64,000 nt of DNA from Sminthopsis crassicaudata (GCF_048593235.1 NC_133618.1:612144889-612208888); one strand, 5' to 3'. Positions 23,600 through 36,712 are shown, counted from the stretch's first letter. Notes: generated by a model not told the origin, from the sequence alone. Translations and numbers: made by a program.

Positions 23600-24360
23600 G
23601 ATAGAAGGAAGTCTAGGGGCTTTCCTGTTTAAGCTACACATAAAAAGAGTCCAACTCTACCATAATATCCCAGACCAGATCAGAGGTCCATCAAGAGTCT
23701 GCCTAAAGATCTCCAGGAGAACAAGCTAACCGCTGACCATTAAGCCCTTGTGAATGACTTACATTGTCCTTAAATTAAGCCTAAAGTGACCCTTGGGTAC
23801 CTTCTACTCATTATTCCTACTTCCTTTCAAATACTTAGGACAACTAGAGTGTGGGCAAGCCAGCCCCAACCCATTTTAACCTTAACTTTAACTTTAACTG
23901 ATGCTAATAAAATAGGAACTTTTGTCCCTTCACTCTCCAGGTTGCTCCTTATTGGATGATCTCTAACTAAATGCCAACTTTTGCTAAATATGGTACCTAA
24001 AACTGAACACATTAAACCAGATGTGACCTGGCCCAAGTGGTAAACTGCAGGCCTTATTCCTTATCCTTCCTGATTCTTCAAAGTTCTGTCTTTCTTAATG
24101 GGATACATACCAGCATTAGCTTTTGGGATGGTCGTAAAACACTATTGATTGTTACTGACCTTGCAGTCCACTAAAATCCTGATCCCTTCCTTGCAAAGAA
24201 AAAGTTTTATCTAACCACATCTGCTCTGTCTTGAACTCTTGAGTAATTTTTAACCCATGTATACATTTATTGCTATTAAATTTCCTCTATTTAATTTGTT
24301 GCAATATTCTAACATGTCAACTTTTTTTGCATGACAACTCTGTCATCCATTGTGTTAACT
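23600..24360 (-). mobile_element. CR1/L3 LINE 3' region
   Basis: AAACTGAACACATTAAACCAGATGTGACCTGG...GACCTTGCAGTCCACTAAAATCC...CTCTGTCATCCATTGTGTT is antisense CR1 ORF2. Confidence 0.7.
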
Positions 24361-24834
24361 CTCTTATTATTAACTCTTATTATTAAAAAAATAAATTCCC
24401 TCATCCTCCTCTAAAATAGCCATATGTATGAATACCATCTGTCAGGTAATCTTTCCAGGACCTCTAATCCATAGTATATTAACTTGTATTTATTACAACT
24501 GCAAAATACACACATAAATTGCCTTCTTTAAATACCAAATTCTCAGACACAACTTGGTTGTTGGAAAACACCCCATCTCCAGTATTTTTCATCTGCCAAC
24601 AAATTCGTCTGTTTGGTATTGAAAGACCTTCACTAAGGTCTAGACCACCTTTCCAGGATTCTTATAACCCTTCATACAATCTCAGAGTAGCTGAGACTTG
24701 AAAGCAGCCAGTAAACTAGGAAGCATCACAAAATCCTAGAAAGTCTAGGGTTTGGAAGGGAATGCTAGGGAGGGAAGGAGAGAAGGAACAAAACAAGGCC
24801 ATACCCAATTAGTGCCTTCTTATCCTCCTATTTC

Positions 24835-25010
24835 ATACACAGAGTCTAGAAAGGATCTTGGAGGTCATTTAGTACATTCCTCCAAACTCCCATTCTTTAT
24901 AGTTGAACAACAGAGGTCTAGAGGTCAAATGATTTGACTAAGGTCACACAGATAATATATAAGAAAAACCAGACTCAAACTTATATCCAAGGTGTGTCTA
25001 CTATACCACA
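24835..25010 (-). mobile_element. MIR3 SINE
   Basis: GAAAGGATCTTGGAGGTCATTTAG...ATGATTTGACTAAGGTCACACAG. Confidence 0.6.
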
Positions 25011-25433
25011 CTATCTCAACTTCAGCAGAAAGGAAATCCATCAAACTTGGATTCCATTCAGAATTGGATATTAAGAATTAATATTTATTGCCTTTCCCAA
25101 AAACATTTGCAAAGAATTTTCAAAGAAAGAAGAAAATGTTCATCAGGAAGGAAAAAAAACACAACTTAATAATGGTTAGAATTTCATTAGAAATACACCA
25201 GAATTTTAGACAATGCTACTAAATCCTAACTGAACATCATTTATATAAAGCACTAAGTAAACAAAATATCAATGAGGAATATATTTCTAAGCTATGTTTA
25301 GAAACTGCCTGTTTCATTTCCATAAGAATGGAGCCTCATAAAGAATAATGTTTTTTGTTATAAAATGTATAGCACTTATATCACTTTGGGTATTTTTCTC
25401 CATCATCAAATTTGTTAAATAGATTGATTAGAT

Positions 25434-25610
25434 CCCAGCTTCTTCGTCCATGTGGGGTCTCATAACTTAATATGGGTACCCCAAAATTAAATTTTATTAT
25501 CAATAAATGTTTTATTCAAATACTTATTTTATATATCTATATACCCAGGGTCATGTAAAAATTTCTTGGGTGAAAAGGGATTATGTGTGGAAAAAATTTA
25601 AGAAGCCCTA
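25434..25610. mobile_element. hAT MITE (177 bp)
   Basis: Termini CCCAGCTTCTT / AAGAAGCCCTA; perfect 8-bp TSD GATTAGAT at 25426-25433 and 25611-25618. Confidence 0.8.
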
Positions 25611-26474
25611 GATTAGATAGCGCAAGTCACTGGAAATTAAGACAAAGAAATCATTGGCATTTACAAAAATAGCCATGAAAGCCAGTAACTCACAAAGAAA
25701 GAATCAAAAGGGCTCTTGCAAGTTAAATTAATATAATATATGGATGTCTCAATCTTAATTCCCCTGAATGGTTTTAGAGGGAAATGGATCAATATGGTAA
25801 TAGAGAAGTATTTGGCATTTTGATTTCCCAAGCAGATGCTAAGGAATTAATCTTTATAATACTGCTGTGAGCTGAATTCGGTGAACTAATTTGGAAACAA
25901 AGGAATGGGATTTGAAAAGTCTGTTCCAGAATTATTAGTAAAGATGTAATACAACTCCATTTTGTATTCCAACTAAAATCATTTCTGTTTATGTGGACGC
26001 TTGTCTCTTTCTTTAAGTTAACAAAAAAAGAGAATATTTTTAAAGAGAATCAGATAAAATTTATAAATTCAAAACACTTAATAGTATTTGATGAGACTAT
26101 GACAGTCAGATCTAAAGAAGGTTGTTTCCAAGTAAAGCCTAAAATTCAGTGAAAGGACTGTAATAAATGGGACACTCAGAGCTTTGCTCCAAGCTTCCTT
26201 TCCTCAGCAGTTCAACATTCATCTCATGCCCTGCATAGCCCCTACTAGCTTGTGTTTTGGACTGGGTCAGGGGAAGCAGGCAGAATTCAGAACAGGACAA
26301 GGGAATGACTGACAGACAAAGGAAGATAGAAGAAAGAAATAGGTTACTTCTTCTCCCAACATTAATGATACAATCAAACCCTCTGAAGCAGTACCTCCTG
26401 GGAAATGAGAAAGATGAGATTTGGAAGGGGAAGGTGCTTAAATAGCACAACTGAACCTGAAGTAACATCAGAGG

Positions 26475-26773
26475 AGAGATTCTTGAAATTCTGAGGTCCA
26501 TGAATATGTGCATGTGTTGACATATATATGTATGTATATATACATACATATATATGTATGTATGTATGTATATATGCATATGCATATTCACATACATATA
26601 CACATATATATGTAAAATCAATATTTCAATAAAATGGTTCTTTTTAATCCTATATATTTTATGCATTTAAAAAAAATTTTTTTTCTGAGAAAGAATTCAT
26701 AGCTTTTGCCAGATTGCCAAAAAATCCCTGGTACAAAAAAAAAAAAAAAAAAAAAAAAGATTAAGAATCCCTT
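26475..26773. mobile_element. hAT-Charlie-type MITE, related to 15869-16361, with a (TA/CA) tract and poly-A
   Basis: CTGAGAAAGAATTCATAGCTTTTGCCAGATTGCCAAAA...GATTAAGAATCCCT. Confidence 0.65.
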
Positions 26774-27914
26774 CATTAGTGAGAAGTAGAAATTTTCAAC
26801 ATCAAGAATGACCTAATCAGTTCAAAAGAGAGTAGATCAAAACTGTCCCTCAGTACTGGGCCTACAAAAGGATCAGCAATTAAATGATACATGGGAAAAA
26901 TAGTCAACTATATGAACCATATTTGTGTCCCATCATTTTTATAGTATCTGGAGTAAGGAGACCTGGATTTCAAACCTACTTGGTTAATTACTCACTAGTT
27001 TCCTTCTCTGCAAAATTATGATGCTGGGCTAGATGATTTTCAATGCTCCTCTACTATTTCTAAACCCTAAAAACCCTTTGGTAAACCTTATAATATGTCT
27101 GTCTTTCTGTGACTTCCTTCCTGTTGACTGCTCTCCCAGCCCAAGAAGTGCATCCAGAATTGATCTAAAAAGTTGCTAAAATGAAACTCCCTCATCCATG
27201 AAGACATGGTTGCCAACATAAGAGAGTGTTTTGCTCCTTAATTCTCTTTTCTTTGGGTATGTAAACATGAACATGGGATAGGGGAAATGATGGCTTTGAA
27301 AGCAAACACCATGGTACACTGCCCTTGTGTAGACAGCCTCTGCCTCTGGGGGTGGATGTGTTTCAGTCTTAAAGATGGGGAGCCTGAATCCAAGTATCCA
27401 TTAGGATACAACAAAGTCATGTATGGAGCTGATCATGTTGTTTAGTTTGGCAATACTCTGCCCATTCCCTTTCCTCTCCCCAGCTCAATCATCCTGTGAA
27501 CCTAAGGGTTGCCAAGTCTACATGTTTCTGATTTAGCTGCACTTAGCTAATCAAAGTGCTGTTTTATGAGAACTGTTGGAGATCCAAGAAGATATATGAC
27601 GGATATCTCCAGCAACAAGGAGAATGAATCAGAAGGAAGAACTCACCCAAGTGGCAGATGGGTTAATAATAATTTACATAAACAAGCTTTATCATTTTCC
27701 ACTGAAGTATATGGCTCTGGCCAAGTATTTTCTCTAAGCATTTACCCGAAGATTTTTTTCACATTTATAGGCCTAAATTCCATCTGACAGCTGTACTCTG
27801 GATCAATTTATTTGGGAGAAATTTCCATTTCTTTTATATGTTTCTGCTAATAAAATAAATAAAGTCATAATGTACTTATCTATTTGGTAATTAACATATA
27901 TGTCCCAAGGAAGA

Positions 27915-28045
27915 CATTTAATCTCCCCTGATAAAATGTAAGCTCCTTAAGGGCAAGCACTGTTTTAATTTTTTTTTTTGTATCCCCAAGGCTCAGCACA
28001 ATGCCTGATACATTTTAAATGCTCAATAAATACTTGATTGGTTCA
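27915..28045 (+). mobile_element. L2 3' end
   Basis: GATAAAATGTAAGCTCCTTAAGGGCAAGCAC...CTCAGCACAATGCCTG...GCTCAATAAATACTTGATTG. Confidence 0.75.
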
Positions 28046-28304
28046 TTGTTGATGATGCTTAGGAAGATACAAGTATGGCCAGCTTATAAAGGAAGTAAAA
28101 AGGAGAGGATTTAACTTGATGTATTTATATATGAAGGCAAGAAGCCTGAGAAATACACTTACAGGAAGAAAACAGACTATGGTGTACAAACCCAGCTTTA
28201 CTGGGGATGTAGTAGGTTTATACACAGGCAACATATGATGGAGAGCTTGCCAGTGCTGTACTGAATACAAGCAAATTGAATGGAGGGTGATTTTTAACTT
28301 ATCT

Positions 28305-28530
28305 TATTATTATTCATTTGTTTCAATTGTGATCCCCTTGGGGATTTTCTTGGCAAAGATCTTCCAGTGGTTTGACATTTTCTTGTCCAGCTCATTAACA
28401 GATGAGGAAGCTTAGGCAAACAGGCTTAAAGTACTTGTCCAGGGTCATACAGCTAGTAAATGTCTAAGAACAGATTTGAACTCTGGAACATGAGTCTTCT
28501 TAACTTCAGGCCCAGCACTACCCCTGCTAT
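28305..28530 (-). mobile_element. Mar1 SINE
   Basis: GGGATTTTCTTGGCAAAGAT...GATTTGAACTCTGGAACATGAGTCTTC. Confidence 0.8.
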
Positions 28531-28839
28531 TCCTACCCCTAACTTACATAAACCATCCTGTATTTAATCTCCTAGAACAGCTATGGGACCAATTTCAGCC
28601 TCCTTGATGTGTTCTACTTTGAGATAATTAAGGCCTGAGCTAGCTCTCCTTGCTATACTATAGGCTATATCAGATTCCTGGAAAAAAAAGTTCACTCTAC
28701 AACCACAAAAAATAATTAAACTAATTTATATATTATGCTAATTGAGCTAATTTTCCTAGAATTTAGAAAATATCAGAAGATATTTATAAATAATACATAG
28801 ATTCTACTCCTCTATTCCTTTACTATGATCTCAGAGAAA

Positions 28840-29740
28840 ATGGCGGCCCTTCTCCTTGCCAAAGCCAACCCCTCTATATGCAGCCTTTGTCGTATTCCCT
28901 CCCTCCTTTCCCAGAAGACTGACCCTGATACCATCCCCTCTTGCTCTTTTATTTTCAATCTCTCCCTAACAACTGGCTCCTTACTTGTTGCATAGACACT
29001 CCTATGTATCCCTCATCCTTAAAAAGTCCTTTCACTTGATCTAACTACCATCACTAGCAATTGTTCTGTCTCCTTTTGTAGCTAAACTCTTTAAGAAAGT
29101 CATGTTCTCCACTTCCTTTCTTCCTACTGTCTTCCAACTCTCCCTTCATTCCCCAATTTGGCTTCTGATCTCATTGTGCAAGTGAAAGTCCTCTCTCCAA
29201 AGTCACCAGCAACCTTCTAAGTGTCAAATCTAATAGGCTTTTTCAGTCTTAACCTTTTTTGACTTCTCTGTATCATTTCAATCCCTTCTCCTCCTGTGTG
29301 TTCTTTATGACATTGCTACCATCTGATTTTCCATTTGATCACTCCTTCTCAAACCCCCTTCTTCATTTTTGTCCATACCATTCCCCAAGGCTCTCCTAAG
29401 TCCTCTTCTCTTTATATTACATTTCTTAGTATCTTCTTCAGCTTATGGATCCCATTATCTCCCAGATGCAGATGTTTCCCAGATCTAGCCCTACTCTCTA
29501 AGATATAGTCATGTATTTTTAACTGTCTGTTGGACTTCTAGAGTTGGGCATCTTGTAGGCATCTCAAACTCATTGTGGCCCAATAAAATTCATCTTTTTT
29601 CCCAAACTCTCCTCTTCTGAACCCTCTTGATATTGTGTTACCAGCTTCCCAAAGACTCAAGCTCAAAACTTCACTGTTATTCTTGACATCTCATTTAAAT
29701 TTTATCATTTTTTACCTTCACATTTCTTCTACACATTCCC
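28840..29740 (+). mobile_element. L2 LINE internal fragment (RT region)
   Basis: CAATCTCTCCCTAACAACTGGCTCC...CATCCTTAAAAAG...TCTCCAAAGTCACCAGCAACC...CATCTCAAACTCA follows L2 ORF2. Confidence 0.8.
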
Positions 29741-30991
29741 CACTTTATGCTCATTAATTAATTAATGTCATTTTTAAAAAACCAACAAATTATGCCAGAC
29801 ACCAACAATTTTGGAAAATAGATGAGAAAGTATGGAAAGTATGAGTACAAAATGTTCCATATGGTATCAAATATGGTCAGTACCTCAGGTGATCTTGCTC
29901 TAATTTTTTTCTCTTACAAAAGAAAATTCACTAGGAGGGCATGGAGAAAAAGAAAGGAAAGGAAAGATTTCTATCAAGAAATAACTATGATATTAAAACA
30001 AAAGGCATGAATAAATCCTGAGGAAAACTTGCCCTTATTAGCAGTAGGGACTTAGAGAAAGAATCATTCAATGCTCCATATGTTATCTCATTTGGCACTA
30101 AGGCCCATCCTCTAACCATCTGACCAGGTTGCCTCAATTAATATTTAATAAGAATTCTACAACTGAAGCAAACTTCAGGAAGTCTAACATGTAAAAATAT
30201 GGGGAGATACACAATTAGAAGATATGTATATTTAATTTTAACTTCAAAAATATTAGTATAGCCTGTAATTTCTTAAAGAGAGGCAAAAAATACAGTCTGA
30301 TGGATTAAAATTCAAATATTCATTTACTTATATGGTAAGAAACTCTGGAGCACAATGCCAAAGATTCATAGGATTTCAGAAGACTTAGGGCTAGAACAAA
30401 TCTTAGAAGTATCTAATCTAAGCCCTAATTCTCTTTCACCACAGATTTTTTTAAAAGGGAAAATCTATTTTCTACAAATGCATTCCTATCCAAAGCCAAG
30501 CTTGAAACTAGATAACCTTAAGATTATCAGCCCCATAATTCTTCAGATTTATGATCACAAAAGCACCTATGGCAAAACAAGACATTCCCATATTCATAAA
30601 AGAAATTGGATAATAGGCCTAAAAGTTTTTTTTTTCTTTTGTAAATCTCCCTTTATATTTCATTATTGTTAGGAAATAATAACCCAGTTCACTATTTGAA
30701 TGTGAGCCAAAGTCTGATCAGACGCCAAACTTTAAAACAAAATCTCAACTTCCATTCCCTCCTGCCTGTAACAGTAGTTCCTGAATAACAGAAAACATAG
30801 GGAGTGGTTTGGATAATAGAACTTCCATAGTAAAAAAGTATTTGATAATAGGATGGATATTTTTTATTATATTTTGTCTAAGGAGATAGCATGACCCTCT
30901 AGTGGGTATTTTTTAAGTGAGAGAGAAAAAAGAATCAAAAAATGTTTTTTTTTTTTTTTTCAAAAAAGCTTGAAGTAACCTTTGGCCCAGA

Positions 30992-31434
30992 TGCTATAAG
31001 GAAAGGGGCTCAAAAATGAAGGAAAATCCCTGGAAGTAGAGGATTATTCTAAGGGGGCCTGAGTTATATTGGAATCCTTAGTCTGAAGAGAGGCTGAATT
31101 TTAGAAGAAGCAAAGACATTAAATAACAACAAAGGGGAATGCAGGAGGAACAAAGGGATTCTAGCTGCAGCTGAAAGAGGAAAACTCCCCAGAAAACAGC
31201 CATAGGCAGAAGCACACAGACTTGGAAAGGACAAGCACTGGGTCTTCTTTCTACCTGTGCCAGCCTCTCTCTCTTAGTCAGGCTTGCACAAAATTCTGGC
31301 TAACTTTTTGGATAGTCCTTCTCTGGATGGAGGAGTTTATAGCTGTTTCTCTTGGGTAATCTTAATAAATGTTGCATTCTGATGCATTTTTAGAGTTTTA
31401 CTGGGGTGTCTGTGGGGAAGCTGGGCTCCTAACA
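30992..31434 (+). mobile_element. Solo LTR (about 440 bp)
   Basis: TG...CA ends, AATAAA 31364-31369 followed by a GT-rich U5; imperfect flanks CAGA / CAGT. Confidence 0.6.
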
Positions 31435-31734
31435 CAGTGCCATCTTCCCAGAATACTCTCAGAGGACTAGGTAAGACAAAGAAGACATTGTGTTAGAAAT
31501 GCTGCAATATTTAAAAAGAGATCTACCTCTACCATACATATCATAAACCAGAGACCAAATATGGAGCTTTTATTGCCAGAGCTATGTTTTTCTATGGACA
31601 CAAAGTTCCTCATCACCTTCATTCTGTGATGAAGTATTAGAGCAAAACTAGAAGATGCTAGTAGTCCTAGAAAGTAAGAATGGTCCAGCAGACAGAATGC
31701 TAAACTGGGAGTCAGAATGAGGTTTTTGATTTGT

Positions 31735-31940
31735 TTTGTTCAGTCATTTTAATTCTGTCCTTTGGAGTTTTCTTGGCAAAGATTTCTGGAAAGATTTGCA
31801 AATTTCCTTCTCCAGTTCATTTTACAGGTGAGGAAACTGAGGTAAACAAGTATCTGAGGCTGGATTTGAACTCATGAAGATGAATCATTTTGACTCTAGG
31901 CTTAGCACTGTATATCCACTGTGCTCCTAACTGCCCCTAC
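31735..31940 (-). mobile_element. Mar1 SINE nested in an older MIR-type SINE
   Basis: GTTTTCTTGGCAAAGATTTCTGG...GGATTTGAACTCATGAAGATG. Confidence 0.75.
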
Positions 31941-32019
31941 CAGAATGAGACTAGGGTTCAAATCCCAACTCTAACTTTTACTAGCTGTGGGATCCTGGGC
32001 AAATCATTTAACATCTACA

Positions 32020-32175
32020 TCTTTCACACATGCTATGTTCACTTCTTTTTTCTGTTTTTTCCCCTCTCCTATGGTTTTCCCTTTTGTTCTGATTTTTCTC
32101 TCCCAACACAATTCATAAAGAAATGTGTATTTTTAAAGATTAATATACACGTATAGTCAGAAAAATAAAACAATT
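32020..32175 (+). mobile_element. L1 3'UTR fragment
   Basis: CATGCTATGTTCACTTC...TTTTGTTCTGATTTTTCT, homologous to 59900-59980. Confidence 0.65.
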
Positions 32176-33084
32176 AATAAATGTTTAAAATCTACATGTT
32201 TCAAGTAGTTCCCTGGGATATTTCCATTCTGACTAAATCACCAATTCTCTATGTTCACCAATTTTAGAATTCCATGAATTGACAAGGACCTCTGCAGAGG
32301 AAAAAAAGACTTATGCAAAAGTGTTTAACAAAAAAGTAGGAAATTGGTCTTAAAGGAATTTTTTTCAGCCCTTCCTTTCCTTCAGAATATTGTGAAGATA
32401 TGATATCCTCCAAATATTCAGATTCAAATAAAAATATGATTAGATGTTAAAGAGTAAAAATAAGGCTTCTGAAAGGCTTGCACTAAAAAGTCTCACTTCA
32501 TTTTGGACAATTAACTTCTTGCTCTTGATGTGCATGTGAGGAGCTTCAAAGCCTGTTTTCTATAGACAGAAACATCTGCTTTCATAGCCCAAGAACAAAG
32601 AGAGGAACAGAAATGGGAAAAGAGAACAGCAAGAGAGGAAAGAACCCTGAGAGCAATGCAAATTTGGAGACAAGTTTGGGAGCTCAAAGATATTTTTAGT
32701 CTATCTACAAGGCTTGACTGAAGATAAGGATTCACATGGCATGAAGCAGTATGTACAGGATCCTGGAAAAAAGCAACAACTGAGAGACAGGAATTTGGAT
32801 CCTAGCCCTGGCTGGGCTTCTACCTCATCCTGAGATTTAGGAGAGGTCATTTCATATCTGGGGGCCTAAGTTTCCCCATCTATAAAAGACAGGGTTGAAC
32901 TAGCTGGCCTCCAAAGCATCTCCCTGTTCTAAATCTCTTGATCTTAGAATTCTAGCCCCAGAAGTACTGCTTACCTACATGATCTTGGACAGGTCAACTT
33001 CTCTCTGGGTCAGTTTCCTCAATGGTAAGCTTGAGATAACCTCAAAGATCTCTTCCAGTTCTAACTCCTTCTGATTCTGAACAT

Positions 33085-33320
33085 ATGCTTGTTTTTTGTT
33101 AAGTTGTTTCAACCTGACTCTTTGTGACCCCATTTGAGGTTTTCTTGGTAGAGACATTAGAATGTTTGTCATTTCCTTCTGTAGCTCATGTTATACCTGA
33201 GGAACTGGGGTAAACAGGGATAAGTGACTTGTGCAGGGTCACACAGCTAGTAAGTGTCTGAGGCTGGATTTGAACTCAAGAAGATAAGTTCAGGTCTGCT
33301 ACTCTGTCTACTGTGCCATC
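33085..33320 (-). mobile_element. Mar1 SINE
   Basis: TTTGTGACCCCATTTGAGGTTTTCTTGG...GTGTCTGAGGCTGGATTTGAACTC. Confidence 0.8.
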
Positions 33321-33769
33321 TTGAACATATGCTCCAGCTCTTTATATTGACTGCTAAAGTTTTCCCTAAAAGTCTTTAAAGGGAATCTTGGATCAAGCTA
33401 TACCATATTCAATAAGTATGGAAATCACAAAGAAAGTTACTTTACTGTCATGTCAGAAATCCTGAGGGTTTGGGACCTGACCCTTAACTAAGAAGATAAT
33501 AAAACTACTTTGCTCAGTATTCTTATGGGCTTGCCAGGCACAGTCATGCTTTTCAGCATTTTTCAGAATGCCACATGGAAGGAATGTCTGCTGGTAACTT
33601 CGTGCATTTAAGGGCATGAAAGTCAATGTTTTCCATCCAAGAAAATGAAATAAGGTCAATTGCTCTCGTTTCTGACCTTTTTTGAGAGAAAGCTCTAAAA
33701 CAAGTGGTGATGTCAACAAGCTTTCTTCTGGCCAAATGTTTTTGATATGTGCTTTGGAAGGAGAAGGGT

Positions 33770-34465
33770 TACAAGACTGGAAAAGGGCAAATGTTTTTCC
33801 CAGTTTTCAAAAAAAGGGAAAAGTCTGCAACTTATAGGCCAGTGAGCTCAACTTTGATTCCTGAGAAAATTCTGGAAGATACAGTATCCCAAAAGACTCA
33901 AGCTATTAAAGCTTACATTTGAATTAAGACTTTGGGACACCCTTTATTACTAAGCAGTGTTTAGTAAACTCTCAGAAAAGTTGTGACCATAAAGATGTAC
34001 TGCTGTATATCACCAAAAACAGGTCTGGCCATAGTAACTATATATATTAACATATAAAGATTAGGAGAATATTATAGACATAGGCTTACCCAAATTTTAG
34101 CAAGATATTTCAAGCAACAGAAAAGCTACTATAATAGTGTGGAAGCAAGACTAGTAGAGGAAGCCAGCAATCCTAGAAAATAAGAATCCTCCAACAAACA
34201 GAATGTTACCAATATTACAATCAGATGGATTTGTAACTAGTGGGATGGCCAAACTCAAAGCTATCCATAAAAGGTTCAACATCATTTTAAGTCTCCACTG
34301 AAGTGCCCCAGGCATCTATGATCTGATGCTGTTTAACATTTTTATCAATAACTCAGATAATGGCATAAAATGCTGTAGTTATCAACTCTGAATATGACAT
34401 AAGACTAGCTTAGTGCTAGATGACAAAGTCAGGTTCCAAAAAGATTGTGACAGATTAGAATGAGG
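33770..34465 (+). mobile_element. CR1/L3 reverse transcriptase relic
   Basis: Broken peptides DWKRANV, YRPVSSTLIPEKILE, AYPNFSKIF, LFNIFINNSDNGIK and QKDCDRLE in CR1 RT order. Confidence 0.75.
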
Positions 34466-34474
34466 CATATATGA

Positions 34475-36712
34475 TACAATCAAGAAGGACTGTGCTGTTC
34501 CTGCTTTCAATGAACACTCAGTTCCCACAGTCCTCTCTCTAGGTGTAGATGGCTCTCTTCATCACTGAAGAAGTGGAATTGGCTTGAATTCTCTCATTGT
34601 TGAAGAGAGCCACGTCCATCAGAATTGATCACTGTATAGTATTGTTATTGCCGTGTATAATGATCTCCTGCTTCTGCTCATTTCTCTTAGCATCAGTTCA
34701 TGTAAGTCTCTCCAAGCCTCTCTGAAATCACCCTCCTGGTCGTTTCTTACAGAACAATAGTATTCCATAAGATTCATGTAACATAATTTATTCAGCTATT
34801 CTCCAATTGATGAGCATCCACTCTGTTTCCAGTTTCTTGGCCACTACAAAGAGGGCTGCCACAAACATTTTTGCACATACAAATCCCTTTCCCTCAATTA
34901 AGATCTCTTTGGGATATAAGTCCAGTAGAAACACTGTGGATCAAAGGCCATGCACAGTTTGATAACTTTTTGAGCATAGTTCCAAACTGATCTCCAGAAT
35001 GGTTGGATCTGTTCACAGTTCCAGCAATAATGTATCAGTGTCCCAGTTTTCCCACATCCCTTCCAACATTTATCATTATCTTTTCCTGTCATCTTAGTCA
35101 ATCTAACTGGTATGTAGTGGTATCTAAGAGTTGTCTTAATTTTCATTTCTCTGATCAATAGTGATTAGGAGCAGCTTTTCATGTGGCTACAAATAGTTTC
35201 AATTTCTTCATCTGAAAATTGTCTGCTCATATCCTTTGTCCATTTATCAATTGAAGAATGCCTTGAACTATTATAAATTTGAGTCAATTCTCTGCATATT
35301 TTAGAAATGAGGCCTTTATCACATCCTTTGGATATAAAACTGTTTTCCTAATTTATTGCTTCCCTTCTAATCTTTTCTGCATTAGTTTTGTTTGTACAAA
35401 ACTGTTTTAATTTAATATAATCAAAATTATTTATTTTGCAATCAGTAATGATTTTTAGTTCTTTTTTAGTCATAATTTCCTTTCTCCTCTACAAATTTAA
35501 GAGGTAAACTATCCTATATTCTTCTAATTTGTTTATAAATATCATTATTTATGTCTAGATCATGAACCCATTTCAAGCTGTGTAAAGGGTCACAGTCAGT
35601 GGGGAAAATCTGGGTAAGGTATAAGACCCTTCAGCCCAGAGGGAACCTGCTAACAATATCTAGTTCGGCTCCCCATCTTTCCTAAGGGCTCTCGGCCTTC
35701 CTGAGAAGTCAGAGGGTGGTGACAATCGGTGTTGTGATTGAAGCAGAGTGATACCAGGTAGAAGAGAGATACCAGGTGGCAAACTACATACAATAGCAAG
35801 TTGTTTATGTGGTGCCATGTACACAGTGTTGTTTTTGTTACATTATAAAAAGGGAAAAGCCCTTGAAATAAACGGACTCCATTTTTCCACCATCCTCAGG
35901 AGTCCCACCTCATCACTTCTCTACTAAGAAGGTATATCTTAATCACCCTGGTGTGGGGACTCTAGAAAACAAAGATACTTTTTGCCAACCCAACTTGGGG
36001 GCTCTAGAAAGCAGGACAAAATAGACCTGATCTTGGTGTATGGTGTTAGGTGTGGGCCTACTTTCTGCCATACTAGTTTCCAATTTTCCCAGAAGTTTTT
36101 GTCAAATAGTGAATTCTCATCCCAAAAACTGGGACCTTTGGGTTTGTCAAATACTAGATTGTTATAGGCATTGACTACTTTGTTCTGTGAACCTAACCTG
36201 TTCCACTGATCAAGTTCTCTATTTCTTAGCCAGTACCAAATGGTTTTGATGTCTACTCCCTTCAGTTGTTTTTCTCTTCATTAATTCCTTTGAAATTCTT
36301 GACCTTTTGTTCTTCCAGATGAATTTTGTTGTTATTTTTTCTAGTTAGGTAAAATAATTTCTTGGAAGTTTGATTGGTATGGCACTAAATAAATAGATTA
36401 GTTTAGGGAGTATTGTTATCTTTATTATATTTGCTGGACCTATCCAAAAGCACTTGATAGTTTTCCAATTGCTTAGATCTCACTTTATTTGCAGGAAAGT
36501 GTTTTGTAGTTTTGCTCATATAGTTCCTGACTTTCCCTTGGCAGATAGATTTTTCTTTGTATCTCTTGTTGGATTTTGTTAGTGATATATAAAAAGGATG
36601 ATTATTTATGTGGATTAATTTTGTATCCTGTTTGATTGATACAAAATCCAATTTTGTATCCTTTACTAAAGTTGTGGATTATTTCTAATAGTTTTTTAGT
36701 TAATTCTCTAGG
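34475..36712 (-). mobile_element. L1 (ORF2 3' half plus 3'UTR), interrupted by an LTR
   Basis: ORF 34898-35158 (REMKIKTTLRYHY...CWKGCGKTGTLIHY) and ORF 36403-36651 are L1 ORF2. Confidence 0.92.
35579..36018 (+). mobile_element. Solo LTR nested in the L1
   Basis: L1 sequence CCCATTTC resumes as GACCTGATCTTGG after the insert; TG...CA ends, TATAAAA 35844-35850, AATAAA 35867-35872. Confidence 0.75.

Noticed and set aside
26139-26666. Longest ORF in the track (175 aa)
   Set aside because: Starts inside a MITE and crosses a (TA/CA) microsatellite; the remainder has no recognisable homology
27572-27616. Small hairpin TGTTGGAGAT...ATCTCCAGCA
   Set aside because: The stem of about 10-12 bp is too short for a pre-miRNA
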